Source: Candidatus Saccharimonadia bacterium
GTDB taxonomy: Bacteria > Patescibacteriota > Saccharimonadia > Saccharimonadales > 2-12-FULL-41-12
Direction of reading: 5' to 3'
Length of the DNA: 64,000 nt
NCBI GenBank assembly: GCA_963717365.1
Contig: OY970327.1
Coordinates: 331,599-395,598, forward strand
The notes below the pieces were generated by a model, which was not told the origin of the DNA, did not search any database, and saw only the letters and a list, made by a program, of their open reading frames with translations. Of this stretch, positions 12,735 through 22,104 are shown one piece after another. A program made the translations under genes and the position numbers. Each line of letters starts with the position of its first letter. The first letter of the stretch is position 1.

Positions 12735-14729
12735 ATGCCCCAAAATAATAACAATTTACGGATAGATAATCCTGATTTTCAAAAACTGCAGGAAGTAGAA
12801 GCACGCCGCCGACCCTTGCAAGATAAACTGGTAACAGATTCTTTTGCCCTGCCTGTTATGCGACAACATTATATTGATGCTGACAAAAAACTTATGCAGC
12901 AAGCCCAAGAAATTGCTTCATCACAAGATTTTCAGAATATGCTGGCTCAAACCGGATCAATTGCTTTGAGCGGTTTAAAAGAAATCGAACCATTACGAGG
13001 TGTGTTAGACGAAGCTGAAATTACCAAACTTGAAGAAATATTCTCTCACCAACTTGCTGCAGTGACTGATTTTTTTGAACGATATGATGCCGTAACTGAG
13101 CAAGCAACTAGCTTTAAAGAAGTTATGGCAAGCGGCGGTATGGCTGTGAGTCAAACAGTAGAAGTAGATGCTGAGCCGAAACAGGAAACAAAAATAGACG
13201 TATCTCAGCCTGCAAAACAACCCTATAAAAGAAAAATACCTCCTGAGGTTATAAGGTCCACTGAGGATGACCCTAAAACTGAGCTTGTTGTGGAGGTAGT
13301 GAAAAAAGGCATTAAGTTTAACGATAAATTGATCGGTAATCATTATGTAGGCACTAATAAAAATGCAAAAGTACAATTGCTAAAAGGGGCTTCCACGTTT
13401 AAATATGGGTCTGAAAAAAAACCTGCAGAACTTTTTGACATAGCTTTCCCAGGAGAAACATATAGTGCATCGAGGATACGAGACGCAATTAATGCAATTA
13501 ACAGTTATGCGTATCAAGCATCAGGCAAAATTATATTTAAAGATAACGGGTTAGCAACAACGGCCCGAGCGTACACAATAAACCCATATATAACCCTACG
13601 AATGGTTGATAGCCCGGCTGAAACTACCTCTCCAGCGGCGTTGCCCAGAGATATGGAAAGTGCAAAGTCAGCCAAAACTGTAGAATCACCTTCTCATATC
13701 CAGTCACAATTGGAAGCGTTTGCTGCTAAGGATTTGACAGCAGCGGAAGCATATATTGTCGCCTTGCATCTAAAGCGGTTTAACGTTGTATTAGACGCCT
13801 GTGGACTACCAATCATTACAGATGAACTGCTGAGCACTTTTAGCGCAACCCATATACCTGATAATTCACATATGCGGGGTAATGCCCAAGCTATTGGGGA
13901 AAGTCGCACTATATCAGTCAAGAAATTACAGGCGTTATTAGATGATGAACAGAAGTTTTCAGAATTTATAACTAATTCTCAACCTGAAGATCCATTATTC
14001 CAATTTGTTGAATATTTGACAAAAGCTGCTGGTGATGATGGTCTAGAGCTTATTAACTTACTTATGAAAGCTAAGATTTGTAACGAGTCCAAGTTACGGC
14101 CTAATGGCGGCGGGATTGATAAACTAGTACGCTTCACCGTAGTTGACGAACAAGATCGTATTATTTTTCCGATAGAACATAATCAAATAGGAATTATCTT
14201 AAAGGCTTTACCTGGTCACGACCAACCGATTCTTTCTGCCCCTGGCTTGTCAGACGAAGCAGACACAGCCGAAGGTTCAAAAAGTTTAGAAGAAGTTCCA
14301 GGCAGAGAACTTGTTCCCACGCCGGCTGATACTAGTAGCAACGCTTTATCTGCTTCAAAAACCGAAAAGGTATTGAGTTCAGCGAGATTAGAGTTTAGAG
14401 GTTTTATTTCCCGTAAGGCAAATGAGTTTATTGAGACGGGGTTTGATCCGAATAAAGAATTTGGCAGAGAACAGATTACCGGTAAAATCAGAGGATTTAA
14501 TTCCAATACAGTTGGTAAGGCATGGGAAAAAGGAAAAATTGGTCCCGAAGATAAAGCAAACAGTGTATACACAGTTGCTGATGTGATTAAAATACTCGCC
14601 TACAACAATCAAAGATGGAGTAATTATATGAAAATTAGAGGCAATCAAAAAACTGTTGACGAAGATGTGGCACGAACTGTCGCCCTAATACAGAAAAAAT
14701 TTAATAAAGCTAATTCACGGCATGTCTAA
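12735..14729 (+). CDS. Large hypothetical protein (664 aa), first gene of an island splitting rpsJ from rplC
   Basis: Long uninterrupted ORF. No motif I can assign. Mixed helical/acidic composition. Confidence 0.7.
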   Translation: MPQNNNNLRIDNPDFQKLQEVEARRRPLQDKLVTDSFALPVMRQHYIDADKKLMQQAQEIASSQDFQNMLAQTGSIALSGLKEIEPLRGVLDEAEITKLEEIFSHQLAAVTDFFERYDAVTEQATSFKEVMASGGMAVSQTVEVDAEPKQETKIDVSQPAKQPYKRKIPPEVIRSTEDDPKTELVVEVVKKGIKFNDKLIGNHYVGTNKNAKVQLLKGASTFKYGSEKKPAELFDIAFPGETYSASRIRDAINAINSYAYQASGKIIFKDNGLATTARAYTINPYITLRMVDSPAETTSPAALPRDMESAKSAKTVESPSHIQSQLEAFAAKDLTAAEAYIVALHLKRFNVVLDACGLPIITDELLSTFSATHIPDNSHMRGNAQAIGESRTISVKKLQALLDDEQKFSEFITNSQPEDPLFQFVEYLTKAAGDDGLELINLLMKAKICNESKLRPNGGGIDKLVRFTVVDEQDRIIFPIEHNQIGIILKALPGHDQPILSAPGLSDEADTAEGSKSLEEVPGRELVPTPADTSSNALSASKTEKVLSSARLEFRGFISRKANEFIETGFDPNKEFGREQITGKIRGFNSNTVGKAWEKGKIGPEDKANSVYTVADVIKILAYNNQRWSNYMKIRGNQKTVDEDVARTVALIQKKFNKANSRHV

Positions 14730-14778
14730 TTAATTGACTAAGCGTCAAGAAGAAATTATAGATAATTATAAAAAACTT

Positions 14779-14807
14779 TTGCATTATACATATATTTGTA
14801 GTATAAT
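14779..14807 (+). promoter_or_regulatory. Candidate promoter of the 392-aa secreted protein gene
   Basis: TTGCAT (14779-14784), 17 nt, TATAAT (14802-14807), inside a very AT-rich spacer. Confidence 0.5.
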
Positions 14808-14863
14808 ATATAACAATAATATCAATATCATTAACAGTTGAAAGAAATGACAGAATTATAAAT

Positions 14864-16042
14864 ATGAGTTTTGAACGAATACGCAAACAAGCAATAGCAG
14901 CGGCAGCAACGGCAACTATAGCCGGCGGATTGGCAGAAACGGCCACTGCTTCACCGCAGCCTCTTCCAGGCAACGGGCCAAAAGTCTGCGAAGGTTATAC
15001 GAATGGTACCGACCCTACTGTAAACATCCATGAAGTAGGATCTATTTCACCAAAACCAGCTCAACCTGAAGCAAGTGCGCCTGATCCTACTACCAGTGAG
15101 CCCTTTAGTCCAAATCCAGCTCCTGTGGTTGGTGAATACACCAAAGAAGACACGCCATTAGATGATCCAAATAAGGATGACCGCTATTCGACGTTTGCTC
15201 AGTGTAATGGGCCAGAGGTTGTAGAAACAACTTGTAACACACTGGGCGCTTACAAAGTCCAAGAAATTGCAGTTGATAGTTTTAAGGATGACGGCAACTC
15301 GTATATGGCATATGTGTGTATTGGCACCGAAACAGGCGGTTATCCTCCACTAGGAGATGACATAATTTATGGGCCACAGCCACCAGTTGACTGCCCTGAC
15401 GGCAGCGAAGCTTTATCAGCACCACAGCCAAATGTAAGCACGAAATCGGTGAGCGGCAGTAACGAAAATCCTTCTACTTCTGTCAGTACTTCATATTACT
15501 GTGCTAATCCTGACTACTCAGTCGATGAACTACAATCAGATCATATTCTTTCTTCGAATGTATCACCACGTTTCATTCAGAAATGCGTGCATCAATCACT
15601 CGCAAAAGGTACCTGGAGTGTTTCACGATTATCTGGTCGCCCATACCAACTACTGGTTGAACATGGTCAGGCAATAAGCACCAAAGAGATTCCAAGCGAA
15701 CCAAACGGCTATACTTGCGATGATTTTGTTACTGAAAAGCAGACAAAAGTTGTGCCTCTGCTTGGTACAAACATTGGCTCAAGTAAATTGCGTAATAACA
15801 GTTTTGGTTTAAACATTTTTGACGAGCAGGCTGACTTCGATGCTGTTATAGAAGCTGGCCGGAGATATACCTGTGCCGGAACTACTACTGATAATAAAGT
15901 ACGACGCTTTGGCGCAAAAGTTACCATGTCTGTAGTAGTTGATCCCGAAGGAAAACGTCCAAAAAAGCAATCCCGAACTTTCACTGTACTGGCTCCAAAG
16001 CGTATGCCTGTTAATGGCAAGCTTAAGCCAAATGGCTGCTAG
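14864..16042 (+). CDS. Secreted Cys-rich, Pro/Ser-rich hypothetical protein (392 aa)
   Basis: The N-terminus has a signal-peptide-like A/T-rich hydrophobic stretch ending ...ETATA|SP. A P/S/T-rich linker and many Cys residues follow. Confidence 0.7.
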   Translation: MSFERIRKQAIAAAATATIAGGLAETATASPQPLPGNGPKVCEGYTNGTDPTVNIHEVGSISPKPAQPEASAPDPTTSEPFSPNPAPVVGEYTKEDTPLDDPNKDDRYSTFAQCNGPEVVETTCNTLGAYKVQEIAVDSFKDDGNSYMAYVCIGTETGGYPPLGDDIIYGPQPPVDCPDGSEALSAPQPNVSTKSVSGSNENPSTSVSTSYYCANPDYSVDELQSDHILSSNVSPRFIQKCVHQSLAKGTWSVSRLSGRPYQLLVEHGQAISTKEIPSEPNGYTCDDFVTEKQTKVVPLLGTNIGSSKLRNNSFGLNIFDEQADFDAVIEAGRRYTCAGTTTDNKVRRFGAKVTMSVVVDPEGKRPKKQSRTFTVLAPKRMPVNGKLKPNGC

Positions 16043-16065
16043 TTAATCTGTATTTGATAGACATA

Positions 16066-16094
16066 AATCACCCGAGCGATAGGGTGATTTTTTT
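16066..16094 (+). terminator. Intrinsic terminator after the 392-aa gene
   Basis: AATCACCC (16066-16073) / GGGTGATT (16082-16089) followed by a T-run. Confidence 0.8.
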
Positions 16095-16139
16095 ATTAGA
16101 TATTTTGTGATTAACAGGTGTTCTGCTTTAATACTGCTA

Positions 16140-16427
16140 ATGGCTTCATCATCTAATAAGAAAAAAAGTACAAAGAAAGCTATAGCTACCGAGACGGATA
16201 GTGGTTACTTCCTAAAACTTGTCATGTATCTGATTATTGGCAGTCTGTGGGTAAAAATAAGTTACGGGGATGACAATCAAATTCCTATTCCGGCTGGATT
16301 GATTATAGGTTTAATATTTGCACGTCACGAGATATTTCAATTGGATCGCAAAATTGAGTACGCCTTACTGTTACTAGTCTCATTTATTGGCTTCTGGTTA
16401 CCGGTAGGTATCTTCGTTAGTTTGTAA
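16140..16427 (+). CDS. Small membrane protein (95 aa from ATG 16140)
   Basis: Lys-rich N-terminus followed by 2-3 hydrophobic helices. Track ORF 16107 starts at GTG; ATG 16140 is preferred. Confidence 0.5.
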   Translation: MASSSNKKKSTKKAIATETDSGYFLKLVMYLIIGSLWVKISYGDDNQIPIPAGLIIGLIFARHEIFQLDRKIEYALLLLVSFIGFWLPVGIFVSL

Positions 16428-16440
16428 AATACGCAACACA

Positions 16441-16470
16441 TTGACAGGTGTTAGTTTATTGTGCTAAGAT
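16441..16470 (+). promoter_or_regulatory. Strong sigma70-type promoter re-starting the S10 operon at rplC
   Basis: TTGACA (16441-16446), 18 nt, TGcTAAGAT extended -10 (16462-16470). Confidence 0.6.
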
Positions 16471-16505
16471 GCAAACTGTATAACAACGAATTGACTGCGT
16501 TGTAC

Positions 16506-16578
16506 GTGGTGCACATGAAAGGTCTTCCTCGCCAATAACAGAGGTAGAAACCATCAGTCGCCACACTTTTTATTTTTC
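16506..16578 (+). promoter_or_regulatory. Terminator-like attenuator hairpin in the rplC leader
   Basis: GTGGTG (16506-16511) pairs with CGCCAC (16559-16564) and encloses an inner imperfect hairpin. TTTTTATTTTT (16567-16577) follows. Further hairpins lie at 16578-16606 and 16639-16654 (GATCAC-GCAA-GTGATC). Confidence 0.45.
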
Positions 16579-16673
16579 TTAGGGCTTGATTCGAAGAAGC
16601 CATAAGCAATAAAAAGACTCACTAATTAAATAACGCATGATCACGCAAGTGATCCGCTGTGAACCGGAGAACT

Positions 16674-17288
16674 ATGAAAGCATTACTCACCCGAAAGGTT
16701 GGCATGACCAGTACTATCACAGAAGATGGTACAGTTGCTGCTGTTACCTTGCTTTCCGCTAGCGACAATGTGGTAACCCAGATCAAGTCCATTGAGACTG
16801 ATGGGTATCAGGCTGTACAGATCGGCTTTGACGAAGGCAAAAATATTGCTAAGCCACAGCTGGGACATATTAAAGCAGCTAAGAAGAACGTGAAGATTAT
16901 GCGCGAAGTGCGCCTTCCGGAATTACCAGAAGAACAGAAGATCGGCGATACACTATCAGCCGATCTTTTTAGTGTGGGTGATATTGTAGACGTCACTAGC
17001 ACCAGCAAGGGTAAAGGCTGGGCCGGTACTATTAAGCGTCATAACTTCCACCGCCAGCGCGCCACGCATGGTGGCAAGGGCAACACCCGCAAGCCGGGTT
17101 CAATTGGCTCTATGTATCCCCAACGTATTTTCAAGGGGAAGAAAATGGCCGGCCAGATGGGCAATGAGCAAGTTACGGTTAAAAATCTAAAGGTTGCATT
17201 AGTTGATATGGAACTTGGTGTTATCGGGGTCTACGGTGCTGTTCCTGGACCACGCAAAAGCATCGTTATGATTAAGGGAGCTAAGTAA
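16674..17288 (+). CDS. rplC: 50S ribosomal protein L3 (uL3)
   Basis: MKALLTRKVGMT...KGKGWAGTIKRHNF is a uL3 sequence. GGAGA SD lies 4 nt upstream of ATG 16674. Confidence 0.97.
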   Translation: MKALLTRKVGMTSTITEDGTVAAVTLLSASDNVVTQIKSIETDGYQAVQIGFDEGKNIAKPQLGHIKAAKKNVKIMREVRLPELPEEQKIGDTLSADLFSVGDIVDVTSTSKGKGWAGTIKRHNFHRQRATHGGKGNTRKPGSIGSMYPQRIFKGKKMAGQMGNEQVTVKNLKVALVDMELGVIGVYGAVPGPRKSIVMIKGAK

Positions 17289-17926
17289 TGGCCATCCAAA
17301 CATTCACCGGCAAGGGTGTCAAAGCAACAACTCCTGCTAAGCTCGACAAAGAAGTCTTTGGCGTTGAAGTAACGAACCACCAGTTATTAAAAGATGTTTA
17401 TTCAGCGTACCTAGCGAATGGCCGTGAAAACCTGGCTGTAACCAAAACTCGTGGACTTGTTCGCGGTGGCGGTAAGAAGCCGTGGAAGCAAAAAGGAACT
17501 GGCCGAGCTCGTTTTGGTAGCTCTCGCGTACCTCTATGGAGAGGCGGCGGCATCATTTTTGGCCCAACCGGTAACGAAAACTATAGTAAGACAGTCAGTA
17601 CTAAAGCTAAGCGTCTGGCCACCCGCCAGGCACTCAGCTTAGCCAGCACTAGTGGTAAAATCACCATTGTTGAATCATTTGATACCTCAGGCGGAAAAGT
17701 TAAGTCAACCGTAGCATTGCTTAATAAAATCGGTGCTAAACGGCGTATGCTGCTAGTTGTAGACAACAAAGACGACATGACGGTACGGGCAACTAACAAT
17801 GTTCCTAATCTAAAGGTTGTCCAAGCAACCTACGTCAGCGTCTATGACGTTATGAATGCCGATACCATCATCATTACAAAGCCATCTTTAGAAATTATTT
17901 CTAACTGGCTTGGAGGAACAAAATAA
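17288..17926 (+). CDS. rplD: 50S ribosomal protein L4 (uL4)
   Basis: GGGKKPWKQKGTGRARFGS motif. Start overlaps the rplC stop. Confidence 0.97.
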   Translation: MAIQTFTGKGVKATTPAKLDKEVFGVEVTNHQLLKDVYSAYLANGRENLAVTKTRGLVRGGGKKPWKQKGTGRARFGSSRVPLWRGGGIIFGPTGNENYSKTVSTKAKRLATRQALSLASTSGKITIVESFDTSGGKVKSTVALLNKIGAKRRMLLVVDNKDDMTVRATNNVPNLKVVQATYVSVYDVMNADTIIITKPSLEIISNWLGGTK

Positions 17927-18312
17927 TGAGCAAAACATTAACTCTTAAGCCACGTATGAGCGAAAAGACCTACGCCAGCTCATTGGCTACTAATACATTC
18001 GTATTCGTGGTTCCTAAATCTTCGAACAAAATTGAAGTGGGCGAAGCCGTTGCTGCGCAGTTTGGTGTAACGGTCACTAACGTTCGCACTATTGTCGTCA
18101 AGGGCAAAAAAGCCCGTTCTATTCGCCTTGGCAAATACCGTAAAAACGTTATGGGCCGGCGCGCCGATTATAAGAAAGCTTTTGTAACACTTAAAGAAGG
18201 TGATTCTATTCCTGTCTTTGCTGCTGTCCAGGAAGCTGAAGAAGCCGAAGCGAAAGCCGCTGAAAAGGCTGATAAGAAAGCTGCTAAAACAGCTAAAAAG
18301 GAGACCAAGTAA
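17926..18312 (+). CDS. rplW: 50S ribosomal protein L23 (uL23) with K/A/E-rich C-terminal tail
   Basis: uL23 core sequence and operon position. Start overlaps the rplD stop. Confidence 0.95.
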   Translation: MSKTLTLKPRMSEKTYASSLATNTFVFVVPKSSNKIEVGEAVAAQFGVTVTNVRTIVVKGKKARSIRLGKYRKNVMGRRADYKKAFVTLKEGDSIPVFAAVQEAEEAEAKAAEKADKKAAKTAKKETK

Positions 18313-19166
18313 TGGCTATTAAAGCATATAAGCCTACTACTCCCGGCCGCCGCGGCATGACGTCTCAGGACTTCGATACTATCACAACTCGTAAGCCACT
18401 TAAGTCATTGGTTAGCATTCGCAAGCAAAACAGCGGCCGCAATAATGCCGGACGCATTACCACTCGTCACCGCGGTGGTGGCGCCCGCCGATTCTACCGT
18501 CTCATGAACTTCCGCTTACAGGCAGGCACAACGGCAACAGTTGAACATATCGAATACGATCCTGGCCGCAGTGCCCACATTGCACGCGTTAAAGACAACA
18601 ATGATAAGTATCATTACATTTTAGCTGCCCAAGGCATGAAGCAAGGCCAGACTATAACAGTCGGTATCGAAGCCCCGATTGAGACTGGCAACCGCCTAGC
18701 ACTTAAGAATATCCCAGTTGGCAGTACCATTCACGCTATTGAACTACTGCCCGGCAAAGGTTCACAGGTTGTCCGCAGCGCTGGCGCCAGTGCCCAGCTG
18801 ATGGCTAAAGAAGAAGACTACGCCCAAGTTCGTATGCCCAGCGGAGAAGTCCGCTTAGTTAATGTTAACTGCATGGCCAGTATTGGCGTGGTTGGCAACG
18901 GTCAGCACCAGAACATTAAAATTGGTAAAGCCGGACGCAACCGGCGCAAGGGTATTCGCCCAGGCGTCCGTGGTGTTGTTATGAACGCGGCCGACCACCC
19001 ACATGGTGGCGGTGACGGTGGTCGTCATGGTATTGGTGGCGGTAAGAACCATGGTGCCGCTCCGCGCACGCCATGGGGTCAGAAAACTCTGGGTTACAAA
19101 ACTCGGCGCCGCAAGAGCACCACTAAATTAATTCTAAAGAGCCGGCATGCGGCGAAGAGGAGATAA
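18312..19166 (+). CDS. rplB: 50S ribosomal protein L2 (uL2)
   Basis: The motifs ...TTRHRGGGARRFYR... and HPHGGGDG are present. Confidence 0.98.
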   Translation: MAIKAYKPTTPGRRGMTSQDFDTITTRKPLKSLVSIRKQNSGRNNAGRITTRHRGGGARRFYRLMNFRLQAGTTATVEHIEYDPGRSAHIARVKDNNDKYHYILAAQGMKQGQTITVGIEAPIETGNRLALKNIPVGSTIHAIELLPGKGSQVVRSAGASAQLMAKEEDYAQVRMPSGEVRLVNVNCMASIGVVGNGQHQNIKIGKAGRNRRKGIRPGVRGVVMNAADHPHGGGDGGRHGIGGGKNHGAAPRTPWGQKTLGYKTRRRKSTTKLILKSRHAAKRR

Positions 19167-19168
19167 TC

Positions 19169-19498
19169 ATGATTAAATTTGAAAATGGAACAATTGCTCC
19201 TGGATACGTTGAATTTACCGAAACCACGTTATCTGATTTAGATAGACTCGTGACAGAATATGCCGGAGAAGCTCTAGAACCTTTACGGCTGAGTCGTTTT
19301 TCAGCTGAATTGGTGAGTATCGGTTTTAATTGCGGCCAGATATTGATGGCTAATGCTGGCTCAGAAATCTCCTATGAGATTTGTGATCAGCTAACATCCA
19401 ATATGAATCCTGATCTACTCGACGGTTTTAGTTTTGGTTTTGGTAATGGTGTATATAATGAATTACTTGTAAAAGAAGTCGAAGGGGTTACAACATGA
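19169..19498 (+). CDS. Acidic hypothetical protein (109 aa) embedded between rplB and rpsS
   Basis: ATG 19169 lies 6 nt after a strong SD AAGAGGAG (19155-19162). Its TGA overlaps the rpsS ATG (ATGA, 19495-19498). No known family recognised. Confidence 0.7.
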   Translation: MIKFENGTIAPGYVEFTETTLSDLDRLVTEYAGEALEPLRLSRFSAELVSIGFNCGQILMANAGSEISYEICDQLTSNMNPDLLDGFSFGFGNGVYNELLVKEVEGVTT

Positions 19499-19770
19499 GC
19501 CGTTCATTAAAGAAAGGTCCGTTTATTGACCCTAAGCTTGCTAAGAAAGTTGCTGCCTTAGGCAATGAAGACCGTACTATTATCAAAACCTGGGCTCGGG
19601 CTTGTTCAATTCCACCAGAATTCGTTGGCCGTACTATTGCAGTTCATAACGGCCGTGTCCATGTGCCCGTTTTCATTACTGAAAACATGGTTGGCCACAA
19701 GCTGGGCGAATTTAGCCCAACTCGTAAATTCCGTACACACGGCGGCAAGCTTGCGAAAGGTAAGAAGTAA
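19495..19770 (+). CDS. rpsS: 30S ribosomal protein S19 (uS19)
   Basis: SRSLKKGPF...[27 protein letters not shown] is a uS19 sequence. Confidence 0.98.
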   Translation: MSRSLKKGPFIDPKLAKKVAALGNEDRTIIKTWARACSIPPEFVGRTIAVHNGRVHVPVFITENMVGHKLGEFSPTRKFRTHGGKLAKGKK

Positions 19771-20165
19771 TGGCTGTTAAAGCATCTGCCATCGGTATTC
19801 ATATGAGCCCGCGTAAAGTCGGTGTTGTAGCCGCTCTAGTTCGTGGCCACAGTGTTCAGGACGCTTTGACCATTCTGTCACATACACCGCGCCGTTCTGC
19901 TATTCCTGTTCGCAAAGTTATAGAAAGCGCTCGTGCTAACGCCGAGAACAATCACAACTACAAACCTGATTCATTGCAAATTACTCATATTTCTGTGACG
20001 CCAGGTCCACGCCTGAAACGATACCGCCCGGCCTCTCATGGTCGCGCTTTACCGTTCCAGCGTAAGACCAGTCATATCTTTGTTCAAGTCGAAGGTGAAA
20101 TCCGGGCTCCTAAAAAGCCATCGGCGGCCGCCACAACATCAGCTACAGCCAAGGAGGCAAAATAA
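19770..20165 (+). CDS. rplV: 50S ribosomal protein L22 (uL22)
   Basis: uL22 sequence and operon order. Confidence 0.96.
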   Translation: MAVKASAIGIHMSPRKVGVVAALVRGHSVQDALTILSHTPRRSAIPVRKVIESARANAENNHNYKPDSLQITHISVTPGPRLKRYRPASHGRALPFQRKTSHIFVQVEGEIRAPKKPSAAATTSATAKEAK

Positions 20166-20794
20166 TGGGACAAAAAGTAAATCCAATTAGCATGCGTCTT
20201 CAGGTCAATAAAGACTGGCGCAGCCGCTGGTTCGCAACCAAAAAAGATTACGCCGCGTTTCTTACGCAGGATCTTAAGGTTCGCCGTATGATTAATGATA
20301 AGCTTGGTTCGCGTGCTGCAATTAATAAAGTAGATATTGAACGCTCGCCAAATCTAGTTACCGTTACTGTATCAACTGCTAAAGCCGGTGTTGTAATTGG
20401 CCGTGGCGGCGTCGGTGCGCAGGAACTGAAGAATGAGATCGAGAAAATCTATGGTGTTCAAACGCGTGTAAACATTGAAGAAATTAAGAAGTCGGAGCTA
20501 TACGCTAAACTCGTGGCCGAAAATATTGCCCACCAGCTTGAGCGACGTATTTCGTTTCGCCGAGCAATCAAACAAACCTCTGCTTCGACTATGCGCGCTG
20601 GTGCCCTTGGTATTCGTATTCAAGTGGCCGGACGCTTAAATGGAGCTGAAATGAGCCGTACCGAAAAAGAAGTTGCCGGTTCCGTACCGCTTCATACAAT
20701 TCGCGCTAACATTGACTACCATGCCGCACGAGCTAAAACTCCTGCTGGCATCATCGGTGTTAAGGTTTGGATTTACAAAGGAGAATCATTCTAA
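20165..20794 (+). CDS. rpsC: 30S ribosomal protein S3 (uS3)
   Basis: [12 protein letters not shown]... KH-domain uS3 sequence. Confidence 0.98.
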   Translation: MGQKVNPISMRLQVNKDWRSRWFATKKDYAAFLTQDLKVRRMINDKLGSRAAINKVDIERSPNLVTVTVSTAKAGVVIGRGGVGAQELKNEIEKIYGVQTRVNIEEIKKSELYAKLVAENIAHQLERRISFRRAIKQTSASTMRAGALGIRIQVAGRLNGAEMSRTEKEVAGSVPLHTIRANIDYHAARAKTPAGIIGVKVWIYKGESF

Positions 20795-21207
20795 TGTTAA
20801 TTCCGAATAAAACCAAACATCGCCGCGTAATGAAGGGCCGTATCAAAGGTCCAGCTACTCGTGGCAACACCATTGCCTTTGGTGACTACGCATTGCAGTC
20901 ACAAGGCTCAGACCGTGTTACTAGCCGCCAGATAGAATCTGCCCGCCAGGCAATGACCCGCTACATCAAGCGTGGTGGTAAGATTTGGATTCGTATCTTT
21001 CCTCATACGCCTGTTACGCGTAAGGCGCTTGGTTTGAAGATGGGTGGAGGTAAAGGCTCGCCAGAATTCTTCGTTGCTAAAGTCCGTCCCGGCACCATTT
21101 TATTTGAAATGCAAGGTGTTTCCGAAGAAGTGGCCCGCGAAGCAATGCGTTTGGCGTCTCACAAGATGTCCGTTAAGACCAAGTTTATTAGGCGGGAGGT
21201 TGAATAA
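20794..21207 (+). CDS. rplP: 50S ribosomal protein L16 (uL16)
   Basis: [16 protein letters not shown]... from ATG 20794, overlapping the rpsC stop (TAATG). Confidence 0.97.
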   Translation: MLIPNKTKHRRVMKGRIKGPATRGNTIAFGDYALQSQGSDRVTSRQIESARQAMTRYIKRGGKIWIRIFPHTPVTRKALGLKMGGGKGSPEFFVAKVRPGTILFEMQGVSEEVAREAMRLASHKMSVKTKFIRREVE

Positions 21208-21407
21208 TGAAAACCACCGAAATTAGAAAAATGAAGACAGCTGAAATTGCCACTAGTATTACTACAATGCGCGAAGAAATTTCCGAACTGCGCCGACGTA
21301 TTCACCTCGGCGAAACACAGAATGTTAGAATTCTTCGCACTAAACGTAAAGATCTGGCCAGAATGCTGACAATTATGAGCGAAAACCTCGCAAAGGAGAC
21401 CAACTAA
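21207..21407 (+). CDS. rpmC: 50S ribosomal protein L29 (uL29)
   Basis: 66 aa with a uL29-like sequence (ELRRRIHLGETQN) in the expected position. Confidence 0.93.
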   Translation: MKTTEIRKMKTAEIATSITTMREEISELRRRIHLGETQNVRILRTKRKDLARMLTIMSENLAKETN

Positions 21408-21734
21408 ATGGCTAAAACACTGATTGGTACCGTTTCGTCTGTGGCTCCAGATAAGACAATTGTCATCACCATCCACACTCGTAAAACGCACCCTATATAT
21501 AAGAAGCAATACACAGTAACGTCTAAGTATATTGCGCACGATGAGAATAATGACTGCAAGGTTGGCGACAAAGTTTCAATCGTTGAAACCCGTCCGCTTT
21601 CGGCCCGAAAGCGCCATACGTTACAGGAAATTTTGCAACGCGCCGTATTAACTCAAGAGGATAAAGACGCTATTGAAACCAGCGCGGTCGATCCTATGGC
21701 TAAAGAAACTCCTGAAACGGAGGAGACTAAGTAA
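21408..21734 (+). CDS. rpsQ: 30S ribosomal protein S17 (uS17) with acidic C-terminal extension
   Basis: The uS17 core is ...TLIGTVSS...HPIYKKQY...HDENN.CKVGD.V.I.ETRPLS. Confidence 0.95.
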   Translation: MAKTLIGTVSSVAPDKTIVITIHTRKTHPIYKKQYTVTSKYIAHDENNDCKVGDKVSIVETRPLSARKRHTLQEILQRAVLTQEDKDAIETSAVDPMAKETPETEETK

Positions 21735-22102
21735 TGATCCAGCAAGAATCACGACTAATTGTCTGCGACAACAGCGGCGCCAAAGAAATATTGTGCATCC
21801 GTGTCCTTGGCGGCACCCGTCGGCGCTATGCCCGGGTTGGTGATGTTATTACGGCAACTGTTAAACAAGCTAACCCAAGCGGTACCGTTAAGCGCAAAAG
21901 CGTTGTCCGTGCCGTTGTTGTCCGTACTAAGAACTCTATTAAGCGTAAAGACGGTTCGACGATTAAGTTTGACGATAACGCAGCAGTTATTATCGGTGAG
22001 GATAAATTGCCGCGCGCTACTCGTATTTTTGGGCCAGTTCCCCGTGAACTGCGCGATATGGGCTATGCTAAAATTATTAGTCTTGCGCCGGAGGTACTTT
22101 AG
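21734..22102 (+). CDS. rplN: 50S ribosomal protein L14 (uL14)
   Basis: [18 protein letters not shown]... is a uL14 sequence. Confidence 0.98.
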   Translation: MIQQESRLIVCDNSGAKEILCIRVLGGTRRRYARVGDVITATVKQANPSGTVKRKSVVRAVVVRTKNSIKRKDGSTIKFDDNAAVIIGEDKLPRATRIFGPVPRELRDMGYAKIISLAPEVL

Positions 22103-22104
22103 AT

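Noticed and set aside
12650-16440. The island in the S10 operon as a mobile genetic element or prophage remnant
   Set aside because: No integrase, transposase or recombinase-like sequence was seen in the island or at its edges. There are also no terminal inverted or direct repeats and no tRNA target.
16515-16538. 7-codon mini-ORF (MKGLPRQ) inside the rplC leader
   Set aside because: It is too short, has no SD or leaderless geometry and no paralogue. It is most likely a chance occurrence within the structured leader.
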